DNA of 21,037 nucleotides from Octopus sinensis (GCF_006345805.1 NW_021823859.1:1-21037); one strand, 5' to 3'; positions 10,691-21,037 are shown, counted from the stretch's first letter. Numbers and translations: made by a program. The notes: generated from the sequence alone by a model not told the origin.

Positions 10691-11982
10691 CTTTCTTCCC
10701 TCCTCCAAAATCTCATAACCATTTGTTCTTATTCTTGTTACCTCAGTTTTAATTGATCTGTTAAGGGCTTCTGTGTCTCAAGTGTTTCTGCCAATCACGG
10801 TTCTTCGCTTATCATAAAATGGCCATTTACAGCTTGAAGATATTTTAACGACTTTACGAAACTTCGCAAATTATAGTATCGAATTCCATGTAATTGTGGA
10901 TGAATGTGTGTATGTACGTATATGTGTGTGTGCGTATATGTGTGTGTGCGTATATGTGTGTGTGCGTATATGTGTGTGTGGTGTGGGTGTAGGTATGTAG
11001 TGATGGTGTGTACGAATGTGAATTTTTAGGTATATAATATACGCAACAGAATTTTGTGCGCAAGGGTGTGTACGTACCTGCGTTTTGCTATATATATAAA
11101 TATGTGATCATACATATGTGTACACACACACACGCATATCACATTTGTGTTGCGATGATTCATATAACGCGGTATTACCGCGGACATTCGTCTGCTTGTG
11201 GCTTTACCTTATCTTCGGTCCTCAGGATTGAGAAGATACACTCGTATATTTCTCCACGCTCGACGGAGACTTCACCATTCCATACATAGCCCTCAGTATT
11301 CTTCAACAGTTCCTTTGAGAACAATTGAAAACCCCTGCATTTCTTTGCAAAACTGAGGTAGATTTAGGTCTTCCAGTTCTTGGATGAGTGATGCGGGTGA
11401 GAATGCAGTTAATTTCGTTCATATTTATGTCACGCCAATCTCTTCTTCGCTATTCAACTTATTTTCAAATTTTCTTTCGCTGCCAACGGAAGCAAAAAAA
11501 GGATGTTTTGTTGTTGGCATTTTCTGTGTTAAAATTTTGGCTGAAAATGTTTGTTCGTGGGGGGGGGGGGCGTGTGTGTGTGTGTGTGTGTGTGTGTGCT
11601 TCTGTGTGTGTTTGTTACTGTGGGAGATGTCAGCGAAAAATTGCATGTGTTCCTGCGCATTTTTTGTAAGTAGAAATATGTTATCTTCTTCACACGACTT
11701 TCGTTTCGTTTCCCTTCATTTTTTGTAGTTTTTTTGGGGGGGAGGGGGGCATGTGCTGTTTTAGATGAAATCTTTAAAATGTTTGAGGAAGACAAAAAAA
11801 AAAAAACAATTGTTTCGTGAAGAGAAAAATAATATATACCAATGATAAATGTCTACCTATCTAAGAATATATTTCACGCAAAATATTCGTTTCGTTTAGC
11901 ATGAAACCCGATGAATTACACGAGCGACGCATCACTCACTCGTTTTGTCGAGACAAAATACAACAACAATAACAACAAGAAT

Positions 11983-12082
11983 TTCTGATTTCAGTACAAG
12001 ATGAAGAATTTAGAGAGAAAGGGTTTGGTTCCTACCCTCTACTTCAGCACTTAACTGGGACTTTGTTTTACTGACCCACGGG
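11983..12082 (-). mobile_element. Possible SINE family B 3' fragment
   Basis: TCAGCACTTAACTGGGACTTTGTTTTACTGACCC resembles the recalled downstream half of this SINE. No copy within the window confirms it. Confidence 0.4.
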
Positions 12083-12330
12083 AAATTCTTAAATTACTTC
12101 GGTTCTCAGCCGCCAACTTCTTCCTCTCCGTAAGAATTGGTAACCATGAATTGTACCAGACCAAGCGCAGCAGCTTCCTTAATTCTCATACACTATCTGC
12201 CAACATCTTCAGTACACCTGCCACAAAAATACCCAGCACATTAACGTTCTTCTTCTTCTTCTTCTTCTTCTATAATGTATACACCTATATGTTATGTACA
12301 TGCAATACACACATGCACGCACACACAGAG

Positions 12331-12495
12331 AGGCGCGAGCATGGCCATGTGGGTTCGAGACTCGAGTCCAGTGAGCGGTTAAGTGTCTTCTACTACAACC
12401 CCGGACCGGCCAATGCCTTGGGAGTGAATTTTATAGACGGAGACTGTGTAGAAGCCCGTCGCATATATGTGTGTGAATGCATGGATGTGTAATGT
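12331..12495 (+). mobile_element. SINE family A 5' half
   Basis: AAGTGTCTTCTACTACAACCCCGGACCGGCCAATGCCTTGGGAGTG...AGACGGAGACTG...AGAAGCCCGTCG matches the reverse complement of about 10555-10640. Confidence 0.75.
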
Positions 12496-12567
12496 TTTTT
12501 GTATGCGAGAGAGAGAAATAGTAGTATTAAAAACATACAAGCATATAAACATATAAATACTTAATAT

Positions 12568-13280
12568 TTGAAAAAACGCAAATATTTAAAAATACGTAAG
12601 CATTTTAATAATAATAATAATAATAATATTGATGAGAATATTAAATCTAATGAGGTGAAACTCATTAATGGCTCTATCGATACTAGTAACGGGATTAAGG
12701 AACCCTGTGAAGCGGAACATGAAAGGGGTACAAGAAATGCGAACGTTGATATGAATAATGATAATAAGAATGGCGGCGGTAATGATGATGATGATGATGA
12801 TGACAACAACAACAACAATATTAGTAAAACAAGTAATCCAAATGTAGGCTTGGACGAAAGTACAATGAATGCTGTCTAAAAAGGTAGCGTAGAAATGCAT
12901 AATGGCCAAAGGAGACCGTATATTGGTAGCACGATAGACTTGAAGCAAAAGTATAGAAGCCACCTTAGTTGTTTAAAGGATCCAAAATATAGGAGATCCA
13001 CCGCGTTGTGATCGTTTATAAACGACCTTAGGGAAAGGAGTATAGAGTTCAAATTATCTTAGTCCACCTTGGCTCATGCCCCTCCCTTTGGAATTGGATC
13101 CACTAGATGTGCATCAGGGAGGCATACTTTATTTTGAAAAATTATAATCTTGCTATGTTAAATAAATTTACTGATGCAATTCCGGCTTTCACACATAAGA
13201 TACACTCAACGTTTTTAAAGAAATCTAAAAATGAAAATAAAAATAAGAATAAGACTAATAATAATAAAAATTCATAATAC
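12568..13280 (+). pseudogene. Penelope-like (Neptune-type) GIY-YIG endonuclease relic with N/D-rich linker
   Basis: Reading through the stop at 12877 gives NAV*KGSVEMHNGQRRPYIGSTIDLKQKYRSHLSCLKDPKYRRSTAL*SFINDLRERSIEFKLS*STLAHAPPFGIGSTRCA, then after a frameshift REAYFILKNYNLAMLNKFTDAIPAFTHK. This fits the VY...YIG.T...K.R...H...ST.L...W...C.LC..E...I....LN....C.H pattern of PLE endonucleases. Confidence 0.8.
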
Positions 13281-13591
13281 TAATTCGAAGAAAGGATAAA
13301 GATGATAATTTAAAATTTAGAATTTAAACTTTAAAATTTGTAATTTAAAATTTAAAATGTAATTGAAAATAATAATGTAATTAAAGAAGTAAATATTAGT
13401 AGGTAGTATTTTACGTGGTAAGGATGTAATTGGTATGATTTGAACTAGGATAGCTAACTTCAGATAAACATTGGAATGGAATTAAAAATACAATAAAAAA
13501 TATCATAATGGACTGGTCTGAACTGAGCTTAACGCAGGCCTTTAACTCGATCTACTAGCTTATGCTAATGAGTTAATAAATATTCATAACT

Positions 13592-14229
13592 TAACGTAAC
13601 CTACTCGAAAACTATTGAAACAGAGAAGAAAATACTCAAGTTCAAGCAAATAGTAAGAGTTTTAAGATACCAGCAAACATATATATGCAGAGGAGATGAA
13701 GGCGATAGGAATTGAAGAGGAAAGTTATAAAAGACTACAAGAAATGTGTGGAGATAACATCGACCCGTCAGGAATAACGGTGGAATTCAAAGAATTGCCA
13801 CCAGTAGTGGATTTACTAGATATCGAACCACTTATGAAATATTACTAAAAAATAGATAAGTATGTCAAAGCGACAGGAAAAAAGGAAAGAAAAAGGAGGG
13901 GAAAAAAAGAAAAAAAGGAAGAGTAAGTGTTTTATTTTATGTTTAATAATATCGGAAAATAGAAGAACATTTTTAGAGAAAAATATAACGGTTCAAATAA
14001 TTGTAATGGTAGACGATAATTAAGTGTTAGTTAAATATATGATAAAAACGGATAGTTTAAAAAGCTTAATGGTAATGCAAGTGATGAGGGGCGCACACAG
14101 CCATTCATAACCCCATTATTGTATAATCATCTCATCATATTCGTTCTATGTATTGTCCCCCCTGTGGTGTCCTGTCTGTCCTTGTTTGTCCTTCTCTATG
14201 TTTGGGCCCTTGTGGCTAATAAAGAAACC
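13592..14229 (+). mobile_element. TSD-flanked 638-bp retroposed insertion with an L1/Tx1-like 3' end
   Basis: Flanked by GAGTTAATAAATATTCATAACT (13570-13591) and GAGTTAATAATATTCATAACT (14230-14250). It ends in a pyrimidine-rich segment plus AATAAA (14218-14223) GAAAC and contains a coding-like stretch ending at about 13848. Confidence 0.6.
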
Positions 14230-14499
14230 GAGTTAATAATATTCATAACTGTTCTATAAAGGGGATAAGTGTAATGACAAAAATATTTTTTTCGAATTGG
14301 CAAAGAAGTCTTATTCTTGGTGCAAGTTTCCTGTTGTCGGTACGTGAGAGAATTTCCTCTGAGTCTTGTTTTGTTGGTGATTTGTTATTCTTATTTGAAC
14401 TGTTTATCGCTTTTATGGAAGCGAATTTTTAAAATTCCCCCCTGCAGCGGAATTATATAACACAAGCCAATTTTTGTGTTCGGCGTTTTGCCGAAATTG

Positions 14500-14536
<37 letters not shown>

Positions 14537-14542
14537 AACATC

Positions 14543-15794
14543 ATGGAGTCGCCATTGAGTTCAATGGACTCACCAGATAATTCAATATTGGATATGCCTG
14601 TTTTTGTAACAGGTGAAAAGGAGGTATCACCGGCGCTGACACCGAAAAAGTCCGCTGAGGTAGTCGGAAAAAGGGAAACTCAGTTAAACCCTGAGATAAG
14701 TAATCTAAAGAGATTGATGTCATTTCTCAAAAAGGAGGGGACCGAGATAAAAGTAGCCCATCGGGAAGAAACAACAGACCAAGTCAACGGGAGAAGGATT
14801 TTGTACAAAACGTACAACATAAGCAAAAAAAAAAGAATAATCAGAACCGAGGAAAAAATAGTAGAGAAATGTCTCAGACCTATTTGGACTGAGATCACAT
14901 TAACCGAGGTAAAAGATTCGGAACAGTTGAAGTCTGGTTTAAGTCGGAGGAAGTAGCCAGGCGGTACTCCCTGGAGACCCTAAGAACGGGGGAAGTGGTT
15001 CTTCTCCCCGTATATATGGGAAGAAGAACATCAAAAGTGAAAATCAAGAACATCCCTCCGAAAGTCGATGCCACCTGTTTAGTGGCAGCTATCATCATGG
15101 GGCTGGAGGAAAAAATAACGCTTCTCCAGGCCTCAGTAGAAAAAGAAGAGAACTGGAAGGGACAATGCCTGACAATGTTAATAAAGATGTCCCAACCCTG
15201 GAGGAAATACCCGAAATTATAAATGTCGGCGAAGAAAAATTAATAGTGTTCGTAGAAGGAAGAAAGTCAAGGTGCTTTAACTGCGGTTTAAAGGTCCACA
15301 TATGGTCGGAGTGCAAACCAAAAGAAAAACAACAACAAGAAGAAATAGAAGAATCAGCAACTGAAACACCAACACCAATACCGAAAGAAAATACAACACC
15401 GATATAAACAGAAGAGAGTGAAGATAAAGACAGAAAGGAGGGGTAGTCGACTGTGTCCAAAAAAAAAAGAAGAAGAAAGCACAGGCCACCCTTACCAAAC
15501 TGAACTTTAAAAAAAAATTAACAAGAAAATGAGAATACATATATGGCCATCAAGGCGTCTAATAATAGACTTATCAACCGTTTGGCAGCCACTTCATCTG
15601 CCAAATGGGTTGAAAAAACAACTTTGAAAGACTTTCTCATTTACAGGACAGGCCGGAAGTCTTCCACGACGTAGGCCCGCTCAGGATGGATTTTTCTCCA
15701 TACATTTACGGCGGCCTTCGTCCAAATACCCCACGAACCCGAGGAAAGGAGAGAAAAAAAAGAACACCAGAACGAAGAAACCTCGAACCACTGA
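14543..15794 (+). pseudogene. Tx1/L1-type ORF1 (gag-like, CCHC zinc knuckle), frameshifted
   Basis: ORF pieces 14543-14956, 14995-15222 and 15165-15407 contain VKIKNIPP and VFVEGRKSRCFNCGLKVHIWSEC (CX2CX4HX4C, 15273-15314). They lie directly upstream of ORF2. The 3' end is approximate. Confidence 0.75.
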
Positions 15795-15808
15795 TGCAGA
15801 GGTAAGTA

Positions 15809-17152
15809 ATGTCGAACATTTATGTTGGTTGCTTAAGTGTGCGTGGCCTGGTGTCAAGCTGGAAGCAAGGTCGCTTCCTTAATGACATCAGGTCGCGTAA
15901 TTTGGATGTTATTGTTGCTACAGAAACCCGGTTAAGGGGGCCAAGAGATCTGCTCCCGCTGCTTGATGGCTACGAGAGTTTTTTTTTCTCCAGGCTGTCC
16001 TTCTAGCGGAAGCGGGGTGTTGGTCCTGTTAAAAAGAAACCGGGTTTCTGAGAAAAAGTTGATTTTTACAGATCCAGAAGGTAGGCTGGTCGTCATGGAC
16101 TGGACGTTCAACTATGGTAAAGTTATCAGACTGGTTGCAATTTATGCACCCACGCCAACCGAGCAAAGTGAATATTTTTGGAATCTGGAGAAGTTTCTTG
16201 GTACTTCACATTCTTTAGTTGTGCTAGGAGACTATAACACAATCTGCGAGGCACGCGTAGATTATGTTGGCTCGTGTACAGATAGAAAAGGTAATCCTTG
16301 CTTCCTGGAACTGCTAAGCCGCTTTGAGCTAGCAGATCCTTATAGGTTGGAATTTCCGAATGCTCCATTGTAGACATGGTCAAATAGCGACGGATCTTCC
16401 AGGTCATACCTAGATAGAGTGTTAGACAAGGGGGATTCCGTTGATAATTTTCGGCCCATCACTCTGCTAAACGCAGAGTTGAAGATTTTGGCCAAAGTGT
16501 CATCGAAAAGATTGGTGCGTGCCGCGGATGGTCTGATCGGGGAGGCACAGACATGTGCCGTTCCCGGCAAACCATCCAGGATAATCTCCATCTTATACGG
16601 TACACTTTAGAGGGGTTTAATAGTGATTCTTGCAAGGGTGAGGCACTGGTCCATTTAGACCAATGTAAGGTTTTTGAAAGGGTTGACCATCGCTACCTGG
16701 TGTCCGTTCTGGCGCAGTTCGGCCTGGGTCTTGGCTTCCTCGGGTGGATCATTCAGATTTATGACAACGTCGACTCGGTAGTTCGGGTGAACGGCTTCTT
16801 ATCGAGGCTGTTCAACATCAAGCGCTCGGTTCGTCAAGCGTGTCCGGTCTCTACGCTTTTGTACGTGATGGCTCTTGATCCATTACTGTGAAAATTGAGC
16901 GGCATCCCGAGACAGCCAGGTTGTGGAAAGTCGGTGTCAGCTTACGCGGATGACATCACCATCATCGTAACCGAAATGGATCACCTACAGAGGGTAGGCA
17001 AGGCCATCAAGGTTTACGAGACGGTGACAGGAGCAAAAGTTAATCGTGAAAAGTCAGTCGGCTTGTAGCTCGGCACCTGGAGAGGCAAGTCGATGCCTCC
17101 AGACTGCGTCGTGGGACGTTGGACGGAGGGTCCGATTAAGTTGCTAGGAGTG
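15809..17152 (+). pseudogene. Tx1/L1-type ORF2: APE endonuclease plus reverse transcriptase, internally deleted, with stops and frameshifts
   Basis: EN motifs: CLSVRGL, ATET, GVLVLL, AIYAPT, VLGDYN, TWSN...SYLDRVL. RT motifs: NFRPITLLNAELKILAK, RTIQDNLHLIR, LDQCKVFERVDH, VRQACPVSTLLY, SAYADDIT, YETVTGAKVNREKS, IKLLGV. Confidence 0.92.
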
Positions 17153-17540
17153 TGTTTTTATAATTCACTATATCTTATATCATATCGACGTTTTTATATC
17201 TATTTATGTATCTATTTATGTGTTTATATATTTTAAAAATGCCTACGTATTTTTAAATAATTGCGTGTTTTTAAATATTAAATATTTATATGTTTATATG
17301 CTTTTATGTTTTTAACACAAATATTATTTCGAACTTTATATTGATTTATTGAGCTCCAATGAAAGTGCACACATACATATTGAACATTCTATTGGATAAT
17401 AGGTCATGTTCCTCTAGTTGTCCGTTCGTATTGCCTCCATTGAAATTATAAACTGGAACTTGGCTCAATTTGAGCTCTTCGGTTCTAGACTGTTTCTGAG
17501 TGTTGTTAATGTTAACAATCTCTACATAAAATAGTATAAT
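17153..17540 (-). mobile_element. Inverted fragment related to the Penelope-like element at 12.5 kb
   Basis: The reverse complement of 17236-17315 matches 12527-12606 at 74/80. The rest is assigned by contiguity only. Confidence 0.55.
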
Positions 17541-17541
17541 T

Positions 17542-17634
17542 TATATATATATATGTATGTGTGTGTGTGTTGTGTGTGTGTGTGTGTGGTGTGTGTGTGT
17601 GTGTGCGTGTGTATGTATGTATGTATATATATAT

Positions 17635-17670
<36 letters not shown>

Positions 17671-17695
17671 GCGGAGAGAGAAAGATAGAGAGAGA
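17542..17695. repeat. TA/TG/GA compound microsatellite
   Basis: Directly visible. Confidence 0.95.
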
Positions 17696-17719
17696 TTGAG
17701 TGAGGTAGCCTTTATATGG

Positions 17720-17875
17720 TACTACAACTTGCTACAAAAGAAGTAACAGCCAAATTTCTCTCAAAACAACACGCTGTACTCTTAAAAATCTAAGGATTTA
17801 TTGGCTAGACAGGCGGTATCATAAGTGTGCTCGGACAGCGCTGACCTTGGGCTAAAAAGTAGCAACATCAGTAAC
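17720..17875 (+). mobile_element. Fragment of a further SINE-like dispersed repeat (family D); smaller pieces near 4770-4810, 7866-7922 and 8115-8235
   Basis: Shared motifs: AAC.TGCTA.AAA / AGAA.TA.CA.CCA.AT.T, and CATAAG.GTGCT.GGA.CAG..CTGACCT.GGG (17821-17852 versus about 7885-7920). Confidence 0.5.
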
Positions 17876-18019
17876 AATAGTGGCCAAATACTCACACACA
17901 CACACACACACACACGTACTCACGTGTGTACACACAGATGTGAAAACGCTTTGCTTTGCAAACAACAACAATAAAACTTAACAAAGTCAAAGCGAAATCC
18001 CCAAAGGAAACAAATAAAA

Positions 18020-18091
18020 ACCACGACGACGACATCAAGAACGACAACAACAACAACAACAACAAGTACAATAACAACGTTCTTTAAAGGA

Positions 18092-18130
<39 letters not shown>

Positions 18131-18276
18131 GAGGGGAAGAGTTTGGAGCAGAGGAGGTGAGGAAACGAGGAGGAGGGGGGAAAAGAAGAAGATGAGGAAG
18201 AGGAGGAAAGTAGAAGAAGAAGAAGAAGAACCGTAAGCAATGGTGATTCTGTTGTTGCAAAACTAAGTCAATGGTA

Positions 18277-18325
<49 letters not shown>

Positions 18326-18612
18326 GAAGCAAAAGAAGTTGGGCAGACTGATATAAGTGTAAGAGTTTATGTGGTAGATGGGACGGCGTGGTGGTCATGG
18401 CTTTGATAGAGATGATGGTGGTGCTGGTGCTGGTGGCGGTGGTGAGGTCATAATGAGGCTTGGTGGTGGTGGTGGTGGTGGTGGTGCAGAGGTGGTGGGC
18501 GGTGGTGCGATTGTGACGTTGTTCTCAGTGAAATTGGAAAGAAAAAAAGCCATGAAACTGTCTGAGAAGACGAATGCGTTTCGCTGTTGTTGTTGTTGTT
18601 GTTGTTGTTTTG
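18020..18612. repeat. Cluster of trinucleotide repeats (AAC, AAT, GAG/GAA, GGT, TGT)
   Basis: Directly visible. Confidence 0.93.
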
Positions 18613-18760
18613 TGGCTATTTTTCTGAGTTTTATTTCTTTATTTTTCATTTTATAATTTTTCAAATTTGTTTCGTGCATTTATGATTATGAGCGCAATCG
18701 AGCCAATATGTGTATGTGTGCATGTGTGTGTTCGTGGGTTCCTGTATATAGATATGTACA

Positions 18761-18768
18761 TCTATCAG

Positions 18769-18855
<87 letters not shown>

Positions 18856-18870
18856 GTCTGTCTATCTGTC
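18761..18870. repeat. (TCTA)n tetranucleotide microsatellite
   Basis: Directly visible. Confidence 0.98.
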
Positions 18871-18880
18871 GGTTTGTCTA

Positions 18881-19749
18881 TAAAGGATGTCCCGAAGTTT
18901 AGGGCTTTAATAACTATCAATAAATGTGATAAGACATGAAAATTGTAAAAGCTTATTGTGTATTCATTTTGTATCAGACTAAAACAATTCAGACTTATAA
19001 ACTGGACACTGGCCGAAATAGCATCCTGAGTGGTCTCATCGTGCGTCCGATTGCTGAAGGCTGTCCAACCGAGTGTTCACTGATGAAACGACATTTGACA
19101 TCGAACAGACAGTAAACCACCAGAACGACCGACTTGGTGTGTATCTGGATCTGTCAGGGTTAGATTCGTAAATCGACATCAAAATCCAGAGTCAGTTACG
19201 GTTTGGGCAGCTGTGACAGCCACTGGAAGGCCTCGGATGTTAAAATTAACTCCCAGCGATACATTAGCGACATTTTGGAAGCTGAACTACTTCCACGGTC
19301 GAATGAGCTCTTACAAGGCGCACCTTGGAGCCTCCAACAGGACTTGGCACCATCCCACAGCTCCCAACAGACACAACACTGAATTCAAAAAAACATTCCG
19401 TTGTCCATAGGCAAAGATGTATGGCCTTCAAGAAGCCCTGATTTCAAACCGTTGGATTTTTACTGCTTGGTCCATTTTGAAGAAGAGGGTCTTGAACACT
19501 CCTCCTGCTTCACTCGACGCTCTGAAGGTAAAACTGCGCCAGGAATGGCTTCGATTCCGCAAGAACAGCTGCGGGTCGCGTGTGAAGCATTCGCACCAAG
19601 ACTTAAGGCTGTGATTCAAAACAGAAGAGGTCATATCGAGTAAATATGGTTGTGTCATAATTGTTTTTGCTTTTGCGAGGCTCGGATCCGAAATACAGCA
19701 GTATTTTGCTTTGGTGAAACTGAAAAAAGTCGGTTGCTTTAATTTTGAG

Positions 19750-19757
<8 letters not shown>
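18881..19757 (+). mobile_element. Tc1/mariner superfamily DD37D (maT-type) transposon relic, internally deleted
   Basis: Motifs VFTDETTFDIEQTVNHQNDR (D1 19082), QNPESVTVWAAVTATG, WSLQQDLAPSH (D2 19341), WPSRSPDFKPLDF (D3 19455, exactly 37 codons after D2) and [14 protein letters not shown] (19643). Degenerate TIRs are TA-TAAAGGATGTCCCGAAGTT and AATTTTGAGATACCTTA-TA. Confidence 0.88.
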
Positions 19758-19815
<58 letters not shown>

Positions 19816-19816
19816 C

Positions 19817-19870
<54 letters not shown>

Positions 19871-19892
19871 TATATATTATAATATATATATA

Positions 19893-19969
<77 letters not shown>

Positions 19970-19995
19970 AGAGAGAGAGAGAGAGGGAGAGAGAG
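19756..19995. repeat. (TA)n then (GA)n microsatellite
   Basis: Directly visible. Confidence 0.97.
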
Positions 19996-20187
19996 GCAAA
20001 CTGACAGATAAATTATATGTGTACATAGATATACATGCAGACGACGCTATATACATACTTATATAAGAGGGATCAAGTTGCCTAATTGCTTCCATATCTG
20101 CTCAACCTGATCCCTCCTTTATCTTCTGGAATCGATCCCCTGCAAAGACATCGGAGTCGAAATTTGAATCTTTTGAGTGCCATTTAA

Positions 20188-20413
20188 CCCATTAAGTCCC
20201 AGAGTACTTCAATTTCTGAATATTACTTTTAAATTTTTACGGATGATTGAAAATAGGTTAAAATGAAAAAAAAATAATTATCAAAACTCCGTTTACTTCA
20301 AGTAGAAATGGAAATACTCGGTGTCCTATAAATAGGACATGGAGACAATGTGATGCAGGTTATTTAATGTTCTCATTTAGTGTCCTGTTTATAGGACAGA
20401 GGGACTTAATGGG
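20188..20413. mobile_element. piggyBac-type MITE (226 bp)
   Basis: Perfect 13-bp TIRs CCCATTAAGTCCC (20188-20200) and GGGACTTAATGGG (20401-20413), with a TTAA target duplication (20184-20187, 20414-20417). Confidence 0.9.
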
Positions 20414-20509
20414 TTAAGTGTCTTCTATAAGAGGAGTATTTCGTTCTCATCTGTGAACAGTATGTGTGGGTGTGAGTGTGGGTGTACATATACACAGACA
20501 TACACGCGA

Positions 20510-20686
20510 GCGAGTATGGTCACAAGCAGACACCCCCTTCGCAACCATGGCCATTCCACCGATGACTCAATGGAACCTTGGATGTGACTGATGTAAGAAT
20601 TGAGAGATGAATCTGCATTAGGCTGGTATTCATTTACTGCCGAATAGACTGGAGCAACGTGAAGTGAAGTGCCTTGATCAAGGACC
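20510..20686 (-). mobile_element. Headless SINE fragment with the family C CORE-like domain
   Basis: Reverse strand GTCCTTGATCAAGGCACTTCACTTCACGTTGCTCCAGTCTATTCGGCAG matches about 8979-9030. The downstream tail differs and its boundary is approximate. Confidence 0.65.
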
Positions 20687-20699
20687 GGCCAACCCAGGA

Positions 20700-21037
20700 A
20701 TATATATGTGCGTGTATATACATATATACATATATATATATACAATATATATATATATATAATATATATATATAATATATTATATATATATGTATATATA
20801 TATGTATGTATATATATATGTATATATATATGTATATATGTATATATATATATATTCATATATATGTATATATGTATATATGTAGGTATACACACACATA
20901 TATATATATAAATGCATATGTATATATTTATGTCTCCCTCCCCCTCTCTCTCTTTATATATATATATGTCTTTACCTTCATACATGTATATGTATAAATG
21001 TAATATGCATGTATATGTACATGCATATACTTATAGT
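20700..21037. repeat. Imperfect (TA)n/(TATG)n microsatellite
   Basis: Directly visible. Confidence 0.95.

Larger units (their letters stand above)
14326..17152 (+). mobile_element. Tx1/L1-clade non-LTR retrotransposon, 3'-truncated and degenerate (5' boundary approximate)
   Basis: Putative 5' UTR, then ORF1 with a zinc knuckle, then ORF2 with APE and RT motifs. Confidence 0.85.

Noticed and set aside
13565-13600. CTAATGA-GTTA...TAAC-TTAACGTA as a PLE hammerhead
   Set aside because: Both core boxes are mutated, and the 3' half lies inside the inserted segment. It is better explained as the palindromic target/TSD.
18378-18679. Gly-rich / Pro-Gln-rich ORFs resembling a transcription factor or formin
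   Set aside because: They are explained by (GGT)n and (TGT)n repeats within a simple-repeat cluster, with no domain or splice support.
19079-19091. CTGATGAAAC hammerhead-like string
   Set aside because: It encodes the FTDE catalytic motif of the transposase.

Overview
This is AT-rich eukaryotic (animal) DNA, apparently intergenic or intronic, and saturated with microsatellites. The SINE set and repeat style strongly recall octopus/cephalopod genomes; this is from memory and not verified. I cannot support any intact host protein-coding gene, and most ORF-track entries are translated microsatellites. The window is a patchwork of transposon relics: a CR1-type LINE 3' end, a decayed I/Jockey-group LINE ORF2, several tRNA-derived SINEs, pogo-, hAT- and piggyBac-type MITEs, a Penelope-like GIY-YIG endonuclease relic, a Tx1/L1-type LINE (CCHC ORF1 plus internally deleted EN-RT ORF2) and a DD37D (maT) transposase relic. 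The most notable signal is a 555-bp element at 920-1474. It consists of about 1.37 copies of a 404-bp unit (perfect 151-bp terminal direct repeats), lies between TA-rich microsatellites, and carries a canonical minimal type I hammerhead ribozyme on the minus strand. This makes it a candidate non-LTR retrozyme or Penelope-dependent circular-RNA element. A second hammerhead core lies at about 6.3 kb.
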